A stretch of DNA of 23,212 nucleotides from assembly GCA_027452085.1 (NCBI GenBank), contig DAIDHG010000011.1, positions 1 through 23,212 of the forward strand. The letters run 5' to 3'. Source of the DNA: a bacterium (lineage in GTDB: Bacteria; Babelota; Babeliae; Babelales; JABCYS01). Every line of letters starts with the position of its first letter. The stretch's first letter is position 1. Position numbers and translations under genes: made by a program. Shown piece by piece: positions 1-7,723 of the stretch. The notes below the pieces were generated by a model. It did no database searches. It was not told the DNA's origin and worked only from the letters and a program-made list of their open reading frames with translations.

Positions 1-153
1 TAAATTCTTGCGACTTAAATCTAACATACCGGCGGCTACAGCCTCATCAATTTCTTTACAATGGGCTGAATAGTAATCTTTAAATGAGACAGGCAAGAGC
101 TGCTGCGAAGCTACTGATAGGAGCAGCAGAAGTAAATAATAACGTGCGATCAT
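1..153 (-). CDS. 5' part of a secreted LRR-family protein (runs off the left edge), paralogue of 9123..10541
   Basis: Not in the ORF track. Manual translation from ATG 153: MIARYYLLLLLLSVASQQLLPVSFKDYYSAHCKEIDEAVAAGMLDLSRKNL, open to base 1. Signal-peptide-like start, LDLSxxNL LRR start, 16/29 identities to the N-cap of the 9123 protein. Confidence 0.8.
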   Translation of the reverse strand, partial: MIARYYLLLLLLSVASQQLLPVSFKDYYSAHCKEIDEAVAAGMLDLSRKNL

Positions 154-342
154 ATACAAGGTCACCCCACAAATATTTATTTCTAAGGCCTGTACTATAC
201 CATTTTTTAATAATCTAGCCGTGCGATTGCACGCCAAAATCTATACGAATGCTCCCCGGCGCTTGTTGGTATTCGATCAGCTAGCCGATTATCGTAAAAG
301 GCTATATCTTAAGAGCCTTGATTTATGATATAAGGTGTTAAT

Positions 343-3339
343 ATGGCCGAGCAAGAAAAAAAAGTTAGTTTTAAGCATACATTAAATCTTAATCAGACCG
401 ATTTCCCTATCCATCCAAAATTCAAGGATGAGGAGGAAGGGCTGTTGCTTCGATGGGCGCATGAAAAGCTTGAGCAAAAGACCTTTGAGAAAAATAATGA
501 AAAAAATGCTCGCTTCATTTTGCATGATGGCCCACCCTATGCCAATGGCCACATTCACCTTGGTCATGCCTACAATAAATCAATTAAAGATATCATCGCC
601 AAATCCCAACGAATGGCTGGCAACCATGTGCCAGTAGTGCCGGGCTTTGATTGCCATGGCCTGCCAATTGAGCAAAAAGTTACCCAAGAGCTGGGCAAGC
701 AAAAAACCGGTCCCGTGACGCGCGCTGAGCTCATAAAAAAATGTCGTGATTTTGCACAAGGCTGGATCGAAGTGCAGACGGCCGAGTTTCGCCGCCTGGG
801 TGTTTTAATGGATTTTGATCACCCTTACAAAACCATGGATCCGCATTATGAAGCATCCATCATCCGAGCGTTTGGCGATTTTGTAGAAAAGGGTTATATC
901 GAGCGCAAATTAAAAACGGTTCCCTGGTGCATGTTTGATCAGACCGTTTTGGCTGCTGCCGAAATCGAGCATCAACCGCGCATCGATCCGTCAATCTATG
1001 TATTATTTACGCTCAATCCTCAGCTGGTGGTAGAAAAATTACCTGATCTGGCGCGCAAACTGTGGGACGGGTTGGCTGATCATTCTTTGATAGAGCGTCG
1101 TCAATCGGAAGAGCTTGCTCAAAAACGCAAGCCAGTTTCATTCCTCGTATGGACCACCACGCCATGGACATTACCGCTCAATCGCGCCGTATTTCTCAAC
1201 CCAACAGCCACCTATGCCGTGCTTCACATTCATAATCAGTATGTGATTATCGGCGAATCATTGGCCGATACATTCTGCGCGCAAATGAAAGTGGCCAAAG
1301 AGCTGGTGGCAACACTCTCGGCAGATCAGCTGGTGGGCCTTTCCGTTGCCCATCCATTCATTGATAATGTTACGGTTCCGGTGCTTGCCGATTCCTTTGT
1401 ATCGCTTGAAGACGGCACGGCATGCGTGCATTCAGCCCCCGGTTGTGGCCCGGAAGATTATGAAATGGGCGTTAAATATGGCCTTGAAATCTTTTCGCCC
1501 GTTGGCCCTGATGGCCGTTATACGGCCGGTATTCAGCCCGCACATTTATTGAATATGAAAATTACCGAAGGCCAAACATGGGTGCTCGAAGAGCTTGAGC
1601 GCCGTGGCACGCTGCTTTACAAAACCGAAATTAATCACCCCTACCCACACTGTTGGCGTTGCCGCAAGCCGCTCATTTTTCGCGCAACGCAGCAATGGTT
1701 TTGCAATTTAGAAAAGCATCATTTGCGCGAGCGCGCGCTCAAGGCGATCGACTCGGTTGCTTTCTTTCCCGAGCGCTCTGGTAATTTCTTACGCGCCACT
1801 ATCGGTAGCCGCCTTGAATGGTGCCTTTCTCGCCAACGTATTTGGGGCGTGCCAATTCCAGCACTGCTGTGCAAAAATGGCGACAGCGCGTTTATTGAAC
1901 CTGCATTGATTGATAAAGTTGCCGCCGGCATTGAAGAACATGGCATAGAATGGTGGGACACTGTTACCGCTGATGAACTGTTATCAAAGAAAAAGCCACC
2001 AACCTGCACTGAATGTGGCTCGACCGAATTTGTAAAAGAGACAGACATTTTAGACGTCTGGTTTGAATCTGGCATAAGCCATTTTGCAGTGCTTCAACGG
2101 CATGATGATCGGATTGAAAAAAAAGAATATAGGGAAGCTGCTGTTTTGCACCAACCTATTTCATCAATGGCTCATGGTGAATCATGGTTCCCGGCAGATC
2201 TGTATGTCGAGGGTGTAGACCAACATCGTGCTTGGTTTCAAAGCTCATTGCTCACGAGCTTGGTATTAGAAAATGAGCCGTGTTTTAAGGGTGTGCTTAC
2301 CCATGGCTTTACGGTTGATGCGCAAGGCCGCAAAATGTCCAAATCATTGGGCAATGTGGTGGCGCCAGAAGAGATGATCAAAGAGATGGGCACTGATTGC
2401 CTCAGACTTTGGGCATCATCAATTTCGCTTGAAGGCGATGCAGTGGTTTCTGAAGCATTGCTCAACAATGTAAAAGAAGTGTATCGCAAGATCAGAAATA
2501 CCTGCCGCTTCTTGCTCGCCAATCTCTATGACTATGATCATGAGAAAGATGCAATCGCGCTTGATAAGCTCAGATTATTGGATCGCATCGCATTGCACGA
2601 GCTTCATCTTTTTGCCGAACGCATTCGCGCAGCCTACGACTCATATGATCTCACGATCATCTTCCATGAGCTCGGCAGCTTTTGTGCGCAGTTGAGTTCG
2701 GTGTATGTCGATATCATCAAAGATCGGTTGTATGTGGAATTGCCCTCTGGTCATGCCCGCCGATCGGCGCAAACCGTGTGTTGGTATCATTTGGATCAAA
2801 TTACGCGATTGATGGCGCCAATACTTTCATTTACTGCCGAGCTGATATCCGATCATTATCAAAAGGGCAAACAAGAGTCGATTCATCTACAAGATTTTGT
2901 TGATGTTCCGCTGCCGCCAGGTATTGTTGCTGAGCAATGGAATCTATTGGCTGACATTCGTCCGGCGATTTTGAAAGCAATTGAGAGCTTGCGCGCCACC
3001 GGCGTTATTAAACATTCATTAGAAGCACAGGTAACCTTGTTTGTTGATACCAACGCAGACACTATGGCAGCATGGCATGGATTTGAACGCGCATTGCATG
3101 CATCACATGAAACCAAAGAAGCTTTTATTAAAGAATGGTTAATTGTTTCACGCGTGACATTTGCAGCATCAAAAGATGGTCTTGCACCGACGGCACTTCC
3201 TGGCTTGTATGTTCAGGTGACGCCAGCCGAAGGGCACAAATGCCCACGCTGTTGGCAATATGATACCAATACCAATGAATTTGGATTGTGTTCTCGTTGC
3301 GCTCCGATTGTGCAGCAGATCGAGAGTGGATTAAGGTAA
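343..3339 (+). CDS. ileS: Isoleucine--tRNA ligase (bacterial type 1)
   Basis: HDGPPYANGHIHLGH (HIGH), GFDCHGLPIE, WTTTPWTLP editing motif, WCLSRQRIWG, KMSKS, C-terminal CPRCW...CSRC zinc site; TAAGGTG RBS upstream. Confidence 0.98.
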   Translation: MAEQEKKVSFKHTLNLNQTDFPIHPKFKDEEEGLLLRWAHEKLEQKTFEKNNEKNARFILHDGPPYANGHIHLGHAYNKSIKDIIAKSQRMAGNHVPVVPGFDCHGLPIEQKVTQELGKQKTGPVTRAELIKKCRDFAQGWIEVQTAEFRRLGVLMDFDHPYKTMDPHYEASIIRAFGDFVEKGYIERKLKTVPWCMFDQTVLAAAEIEHQPRIDPSIYVLFTLNPQLVVEKLPDLARKLWDGLADHSLIERRQSEELAQKRKPVSFLVWTTTPWTLPLNRAVFLNPTATYAVLHIHNQYVIIGESLADTFCAQMKVAKELVATLSADQLVGLSVAHPFIDNVTVPVLADSFVSLEDGTACVHSAPGCGPEDYEMGVKYGLEIFSPVGPDGRYTAGIQPAHLLNMKITEGQTWVLEELERRGTLLYKTEINHPYPHCWRCRKPLIFRATQQWFCNLEKHHLRERALKAIDSVAFFPERSGNFLRATIGSRLEWCLSRQRIWGVPIPALLCKNGDSAFIEPALIDKVAAGIEEHGIEWWDTVTADELLSKKKPPTCTECGSTEFVKETDILDVWFESGISHFAVLQRHDDRIEKKEYREAAVLHQPISSMAHGESWFPADLYVEGVDQHRAWFQSSLLTSLVLENEPCFKGVLTHGFTVDAQGRKMSKSLGNVVAPEEMIKEMGTDCLRLWASSISLEGDAVVSEALLNNVKEVYRKIRNTCRFLLANLYDYDHEKDAIALDKLRLLDRIALHELHLFAERIRAAYDSYDLTIIFHELGSFCAQLSSVYVDIIKDRLYVELPSGHARRSAQTVCWYHLDQITRLMAPILSFTAELISDHYQKGKQESIHLQDFVDVPLPPGIVAEQWNLLADIRPAILKAIESLRATGVIKHSLEAQVTLFVDTNADTMAAWHGFERALHASHETKEAFIKEWLIVSRVTFAASKDGLAPTALPGLYVQVTPAEGHKCPRCWQYDTNTNEFGLCSRCAPIVQQIESGLR

Positions 3340-3348
3340 AGGGCTCTG

Positions 3349-3369
3349 CGAGCTTATCAAATGAGCTCG
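3349..3369. repeat. Short inverted repeat just after ileS
   Basis: CGAGCTTAT-CAA-ATGAGCTCG, 9-bp stem with one G.U pair; no U-tract. Confidence 0.4.
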
Positions 3370-3876
3370 AGTAGGATGATTATGGGTGTTAATAAAAAGC
3401 AATTTCTGATAATTGCGCTGTTATGTGCTCACGATGGCTTGGCTGTATGTACCTGCTTTAAAAACTCGCAACCAACGCCAAAGGTAAAAAAAGAGCCGGC
3501 TCAGCAGCCGGGTTTATCTGATCAACGATCAACGCAAACCACATCGGCCCCCATTGCTACAACGAGCGGACAGTCGGTGCCAAGCTCCTATGTGCGTATA
3601 TCTGATGCATTTAATTGGCCGCCGCCGAGCGGATCAACGGAAGCTGATTTAAAGGCGGAGGATGATTTTATTGCAACGGCAACACGCGCTCACCTAGCGG
3701 CAAATCCTCAGGCAAATCGACGAATGACCGTGCTTGATGGAAGCAAATGGGCGCTCTGCACGGTGGCAGTTATGCTCGTAGGCGCCTGGATATACCGAGT
3801 GTTTACCTTCCCCGAGCGCATGGTCAATGAGCTGCGGAATCAATTGCGCGCTGCTCAAAATCAGAAAAACAATTAA
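3361..3876 (+). CDS. Hypothetical exported/membrane protein (true start may be ATG 3376 or 3382)
   Basis: KK + hydrophobic signal-like N-terminus, S/T/P/Q-rich linker, TM segment WALCTVAVMLVGAWIY near the C-terminus; stop codon directly abuts the stop of the convergent gene. Confidence 0.7.
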   Translation: MSSSRMIMGVNKKQFLIIALLCAHDGLAVCTCFKNSQPTPKVKKEPAQQPGLSDQRSTQTTSAPIATTSGQSVPSSYVRISDAFNWPPPSGSTEADLKAEDDFIATATRAHLAANPQANRRMTVLDGSKWALCTVAVMLVGAWIYRVFTFPERMVNELRNQLRAAQNQKNN

Positions 3877-6018
3877 TTATAGAGGCGGTGCTGCAGGCAC
3901 TTGTGGCCTGACCGGCGCAACAACCGGTTCCCATCGTTGTGGCTCTGGAGCTGGTTGCTGCTGAGCTACAGGTGGTAGAGCTTGGCCAGCGCGTCGCGCA
4001 ATTTCTGCGGCGATTTCTGCCTCAGTTTGTGGGCCGCCAAAACGAGCCGCGGGTGCCCCTGGTTGTTCAGCCGCAGCAGCTTGGGCAGCTCTATCGGCAC
4101 GCCACTCTTGGAACCAATCCCATAACCATCGTAAGCCGAAGGCGCCAACGGCGCCGCCTAATAATCCGGCTGCTAAGGCCTGGTACTGTTGGTAATCTTG
4201 TGCGCCACCCAGGATCTCTTCAAGCTCGTTTCGATCTTGGTTTGAAAGATCATGTAATCCGCGCTGCACATCCATTGGAATTCTTGGCTGTTGGAGCGCT
4301 TCTTGCACGACCTGACTTGCTATTGGCTTCGCTGCCGGTGCCTGCCTTTGTTGCGGCTGACGACCCGCGGCTTCAGCTTCTTTTTTGATCTTGCCGCCAC
4401 AGGTATATATGCCTTCGATAGTTTCGATTAAATAATCCAAGCAATTTGCGCCAGGGCAGCTGCCATCAAATTGATCATGGCGAGCCGGCGGCACCGCTAT
4501 GGCAGCCTGCTGCACCGCACACAATTTTTGTCGGCGCTTTTCAATTTCTTTATGCAGTTGTTGTTCATAGGTGCTGCGCATGTCTGCGGCATTAATTTTT
4601 CGCACTGCCGCATCGGCGTCGATCTTTAATTTGCGCACTTTAACAACGGCGCTTGCCAGACTTTCAACCGTTTCTTTCAACTCATTAAATTGTGCATCAA
4701 CTGGCGCGCGAAGCTCTTGGGTGAATGATCGATTATTAAAGGTGCGAGCTACCAGATCATCTATTTGTTCAAAGATATCTTTAATCTCGGTAATCTTTTT
4801 GTATGCCTGTTTGCCTTCATTGCTCATGCTTGAATACTTTGGCTCTTTTTTTTCTTCCTTTTTATCTTCTGCGCCAGATTTGCCACCACCAGATGTCGAT
4901 TGCTTGCTTGAAGGTTGCTTGGCTGCCGGTTCGGCGCCTTCACCGCCAAAGGTGCGCTCTGGGCCAAAGCCTTCGCGGCCGGCAAATCGTTCGGCTGGGC
5001 GTTGGCGGCCGTAATACCAATCATCAAATCTGCCTCTGCCTTGACGAATGTGTCGGCCATATTCTTCTTCGCGTTTAATCTGCGCTGGAACAGGGCGAAT
5101 TATTTTGCGAGCTTCAGCTTCTTTCTTTGCCCGTTCAACGGCAGATTCAGCCTCGGCGCGTAATTTCAAAGCCTGTGGTTCATATTTCTTAACCAGCTTT
5201 TCCAATTGCCCAATCAGTTGTGCTCGCAATGCACTATTAATGTCACTGACAATATTTTGCAGTGCTATTTTAGATCGCTCTTTGCTGCTTTTATTTAAAT
5301 ACTCGCCAACTTCTGCGGTAATAAATAATGGCTCCTCAGCCGACAGCTTTTCATCCAAGCGCTGTAAGGCATCATGCAATGACGTCATTTCAGGATCAGT
5401 GACCAACTGCTCGATATGTGCTGGTTTGCTTATTACGTGTAGATAATACACAACAAGATCAAGTTGCGGCTGTAGCGGAGCCAAAGTTTCGGCAACGGAT
5501 CGTTGTGCAGCAGCTTTACTCTGAATCTTGCCAAGAGTGGCAAGCAATGATTGAATGATCTGCTCAGCTTGTGAGCGGCTGCGCAATGCTTGTTTTGGCT
5601 TTTCTTCTACTTTCTTTTCATTCTCAGTTACCGGCATAGGAACTGGTGTTGGTTTTGGGGCGGGCAACTGCTCAGGGGTTGCAAGGCCTGGTAGGCCAAG
5701 AATCTCTTCATAGCTTTTGCCTTCAGATAATCCTTGTTGGATTTCCTGCTCTAATTGCTGCTCAAATTCATTGAACATTTTTTGTAATTCTGGATCCTTC
5801 TTGATTGCCGCATCAAATTCGCGCATCATGTTGGCCATCTGGGAAGCTTCTTCTGGGCTCACGCCAAACATCTGAGCGATTTCTTGCTCTGAGATTTGCA
5901 TTGGCTCTTGACCAGCCACCCCAGCAGCGGGACCCATTGGGGGAGCATACAGAGAGAAGGGCAATGATACGAGGATAAATATGAGTTCAGTTCGGTTTAA
6001 ATATTTCAGAAATTTCAT
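3877..6018 (-). CDS. Large hypothetical exported coiled-coil protein with C-terminal membrane segment
   Basis: Long ORF. Start reassigned to ATG 6018 (MKFLKYLNRTELIFILVSLPFSLYA, signal-like). E/Q/K-rich helices, G/R-rich linker, LAAGLLGGAVGAFGLRWLW segment, P/A/Q-rich tail. Confidence 0.8.
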   Translation of the reverse strand: MKFLKYLNRTELIFILVSLPFSLYAPPMGPAAGVAGQEPMQISEQEIAQMFGVSPEEASQMANMMREFDAAIKKDPELQKMFNEFEQQLEQEIQQGLSEGKSYEEILGLPGLATPEQLPAPKPTPVPMPVTENEKKVEEKPKQALRSRSQAEQIIQSLLATLGKIQSKAAAQRSVAETLAPLQPQLDLVVYYLHVISKPAHIEQLVTDPEMTSLHDALQRLDEKLSAEEPLFITAEVGEYLNKSSKERSKIALQNIVSDINSALRAQLIGQLEKLVKKYEPQALKLRAEAESAVERAKKEAEARKIIRPVPAQIKREEEYGRHIRQGRGRFDDWYYGRQRPAERFAGREGFGPERTFGGEGAEPAAKQPSSKQSTSGGGKSGAEDKKEEKKEPKYSSMSNEGKQAYKKITEIKDIFEQIDDLVARTFNNRSFTQELRAPVDAQFNELKETVESLASAVVKVRKLKIDADAAVRKINAADMRSTYEQQLHKEIEKRRQKLCAVQQAAIAVPPARHDQFDGSCPGANCLDYLIETIEGIYTCGGKIKKEAEAAGRQPQQRQAPAAKPIASQVVQEALQQPRIPMDVQRGLHDLSNQDRNELEEILGGAQDYQQYQALAAGLLGGAVGAFGLRWLWDWFQEWRADRAAQAAAAEQPGAPAARFGGPQTEAEIAAEIARRAGQALPPVAQQQPAPEPQRWEPVVAPVRPQVPAAPPL

Positions 6019-6196
6019 GTATCGTTCCTCGGGATTTTTGCTCGTCGAATTGATGATAGCATTCCTTGTTTTTTTAAGCATTGCGACGATCATTCTTCAG
6101 TATAGGACTGCTACGGTTTTGGGTCAAAGGCAGGTGGCTTTCGATTTGAAACAACCCGCACCGGCGCCAGATGCGGCATCTGGCGCCAAGAAATAA
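6017..6196 (+). CDS. Short prepilin-like protein (PilV/GspI-like minor pilin)
   Basis: MYRSSG|FLLVELMIAFLVFLSIATII: class III signal with G-1, F1, E5 and hydrophobic helix; first of three co-oriented pilin-like ORFs. Confidence 0.7.
   Translation: MYRSSGFLLVELMIAFLVFLSIATIILQYRTATVLGQRQVAFDLKQPAPAPDAASGAKK
6163..6187. repeat. Perfect GC-rich inverted repeat in the 3' end of the first pilin ORF
   Basis: GGCGCCAGATG-CGG-CATCTGGCGCC, 11-bp perfect stem. Confidence 0.85.
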
Positions 6197-6202
6197 TAAG
6201 GT

Positions 6203-6229
6203 AAAAAAGACGTTGCTTCTTAAGCAACG
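6203..6229 (-). terminator. Possible intrinsic terminator, minus-strand polarity
   Basis: CGTTGCTT-CTT-AAGCAACG (6211..6229); followed on the minus strand by TCTTTTTT. Confidence 0.45.
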
Positions 6230-6311
6230 AAAAACAAGGTTATATTGATTATTAACGTTATATCTTCTGATAACGCAAGCTTATGGTGTTTTGGTAGATT
6301 GGAAAAATAGA

Positions 6312-6752
6312 ATGCAAAGAAAAGCAGGATTTACGCTTATTGAATGCACGGCATATTTATCCGGGCTTTTGATATTGGTCTGTGTGGTAGCCACCTTCAC
6401 CCAATCTATGGCTCAACTGCTGATGACTGATCTGACAAAGCAGCGTGATAATACTCAGTTGGCTTATGCTGTGCAGCTTCTTGCTCGTGATATACACGCC
6501 GCCTCCCCAGCGCCGAAAGATTGGAAGTGTGACAAAAGCTCCCTGTTGTTTCATCATGATACTACCGCAATTTGCTGGCAGATCACTGATAGTTGGCTCT
6601 ATCGGCGGCAGGCAAAGAATCCCAAAACGCGGCAATGCCAGATGCCAGCATTCGCCTGCGAACTCATAATCCAAGAGGGCTATGTGCGCGGTTTGAAAAT
6701 CACAAAACCAATCTCTCGGACGATACCGGTGAAAAATGGCCCGATATCATAA
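6312..6752 (+). CDS. Prepilin-like protein (PilW/GspJ-like)
   Basis: MQRKAG|FTLIECTAYLSGLLILVCVV class III signal; AVQLLARDIHAA helix typical of PilW/GspJ; start reassigned to ATG 6312. Confidence 0.8.
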   Translation: MQRKAGFTLIECTAYLSGLLILVCVVATFTQSMAQLLMTDLTKQRDNTQLAYAVQLLARDIHAASPAPKDWKCDKSSLLFHHDTTAICWQITDSWLYRRQAKNPKTRQCQMPAFACELIIQEGYVRGLKITKPISRTIPVKNGPIS

Positions 6753-7068
6753 TGGATCAGCCTTATGGCTGGTGATGCTTTGTATGACTGCCTTGATAAG
6801 TTTGTGCAGTGTCGTGAGCTATCGCATGGGGCGATCGGCTGAAATTGCACGGTTGATACGCGAGCGTGCCCACCAATATGAGCATGCTGAAAAGCAGATG
6901 CATGAAGCTATTCGCACATGCATGCATAATTGGGACTTAGCTGGTGTTAGCGAATTGCATCTGACGGTCACTCAACAAGAAAACAATCGAGCACCATTAA
7001 CGCTATCCTGCGATCTTGCGTGCTCCAACTCAGTTTGGTTTATAAAGAATTGGCGGCAAACGCCATAA
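6736..7068 (+). CDS. PilX/GspK-like minor pilin
   Basis: MARYHNG|SALWLVMLCMTALISLC lacks E5 as in PilX/GspK; RAHQYEHAEKQMHEA resembles the PilX N-terminal helix; overlaps the upstream pilin by 17 nt. Confidence 0.65.
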   Translation: MARYHNGSALWLVMLCMTALISLCSVVSYRMGRSAEIARLIRERAHQYEHAEKQMHEAIRTCMHNWDLAGVSELHLTVTQQENNRAPLTLSCDLACSNSVWFIKNWRQTP

Positions 7069-7110
7069 TAAATCAGCTTTTTGATTTGATACGAAACATG
7101 TTAAAAAATC

Positions 7111-7530
7111 TTACAGCGACATTACCATTGCAGCGATAACCCCTGTCATGGTAACACTAAACAGGAGCAAACTTTTAATCGGATGCTGTGCCATACAATT
7201 GCAGCATCTGGCCGGGCAGCTGGTATCTTCCACATATTCCTGCTCAGGAGCATACATATCCGTATGATCTAAGGTTTCAGAAAAAGTTTTGAATAATTCC
7301 CTATGCATGCTCTGCGGGCGCGCTTTTCCTTCATTGTCCACGGTATCTGGCGCAAATGAAACATGCCGGCCTACCTGTTTGCCCGATTCCTCATCAGGCA
7401 TAGGCGCTACCTGATTGATAGTTATTGCCAAAGTAGGGCTTGCCGCACGATCGGTTAATGATGCTGGCGCCGAAATGCTTATTATTGATGTGGGAATAAG
7501 CAGGAGATTGATTAAGCGTATTAGTTTCAT
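7111..7530 (-). CDS. Small secreted, C-terminally anchored protein with RVxF-like motif
   Basis: Signal-like N-terminus, AGGGAG RBS, RHVSFAPDTVDNE motif, CPARCCNC cluster, C-terminal TM helix. Confidence 0.75.
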   Translation of the reverse strand: MKLIRLINLLLIPTSIISISAPASLTDRAASPTLAITINQVAPMPDEESGKQVGRHVSFAPDTVDNEGKARPQSMHRELFKTFSETLDHTDMYAPEQEYVEDTSCPARCCNCMAQHPIKSLLLFSVTMTGVIAAMVMSL

Positions 7531-7667
7531 ATTTTTGATGCACTCCCTTTTTTATTGGTTTGCCTCGGTATTTTCAAAAAAGGCACCTAAAAAATGACAT
7601 ATTTATGCACTATGGTCAAAAGGGTGGTTAGCCATTTGCTTGCATCCAATGATAGGATTTCCTTTGC

Positions 7668-7696
7668 TTGCTGATACAATTTCGCTCAAATAGTAT
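7668..7696 (+). promoter_or_regulatory. Putative sigma70 promoter for lnt
   Basis: TTGCTG-N17-TAGTAT about 30 nt upstream of ATG 7724. Confidence 0.5.
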
Positions 7697-7723
7697 GGCA
7701 GCAAGCTTTTTTTGAGAATATCC

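Noticed and set aside
154..342. Possible T-box or attenuator upstream of ileS
   Set aside because: No T-box consensus or terminator with U-tract; only weak stems.
1053..1128. Intein or intron explanation for the tRNA-ligase insertions
   Set aside because: Inserts are far too short and lack intein splice residues or group I/II intron features.
3939..5446. Several 80-150 aa plus-strand ORFs opposite the large minus-strand gene
   Set aside because: Antisense shadows with no recognisable motifs; the minus-strand frame has a coherent architecture.
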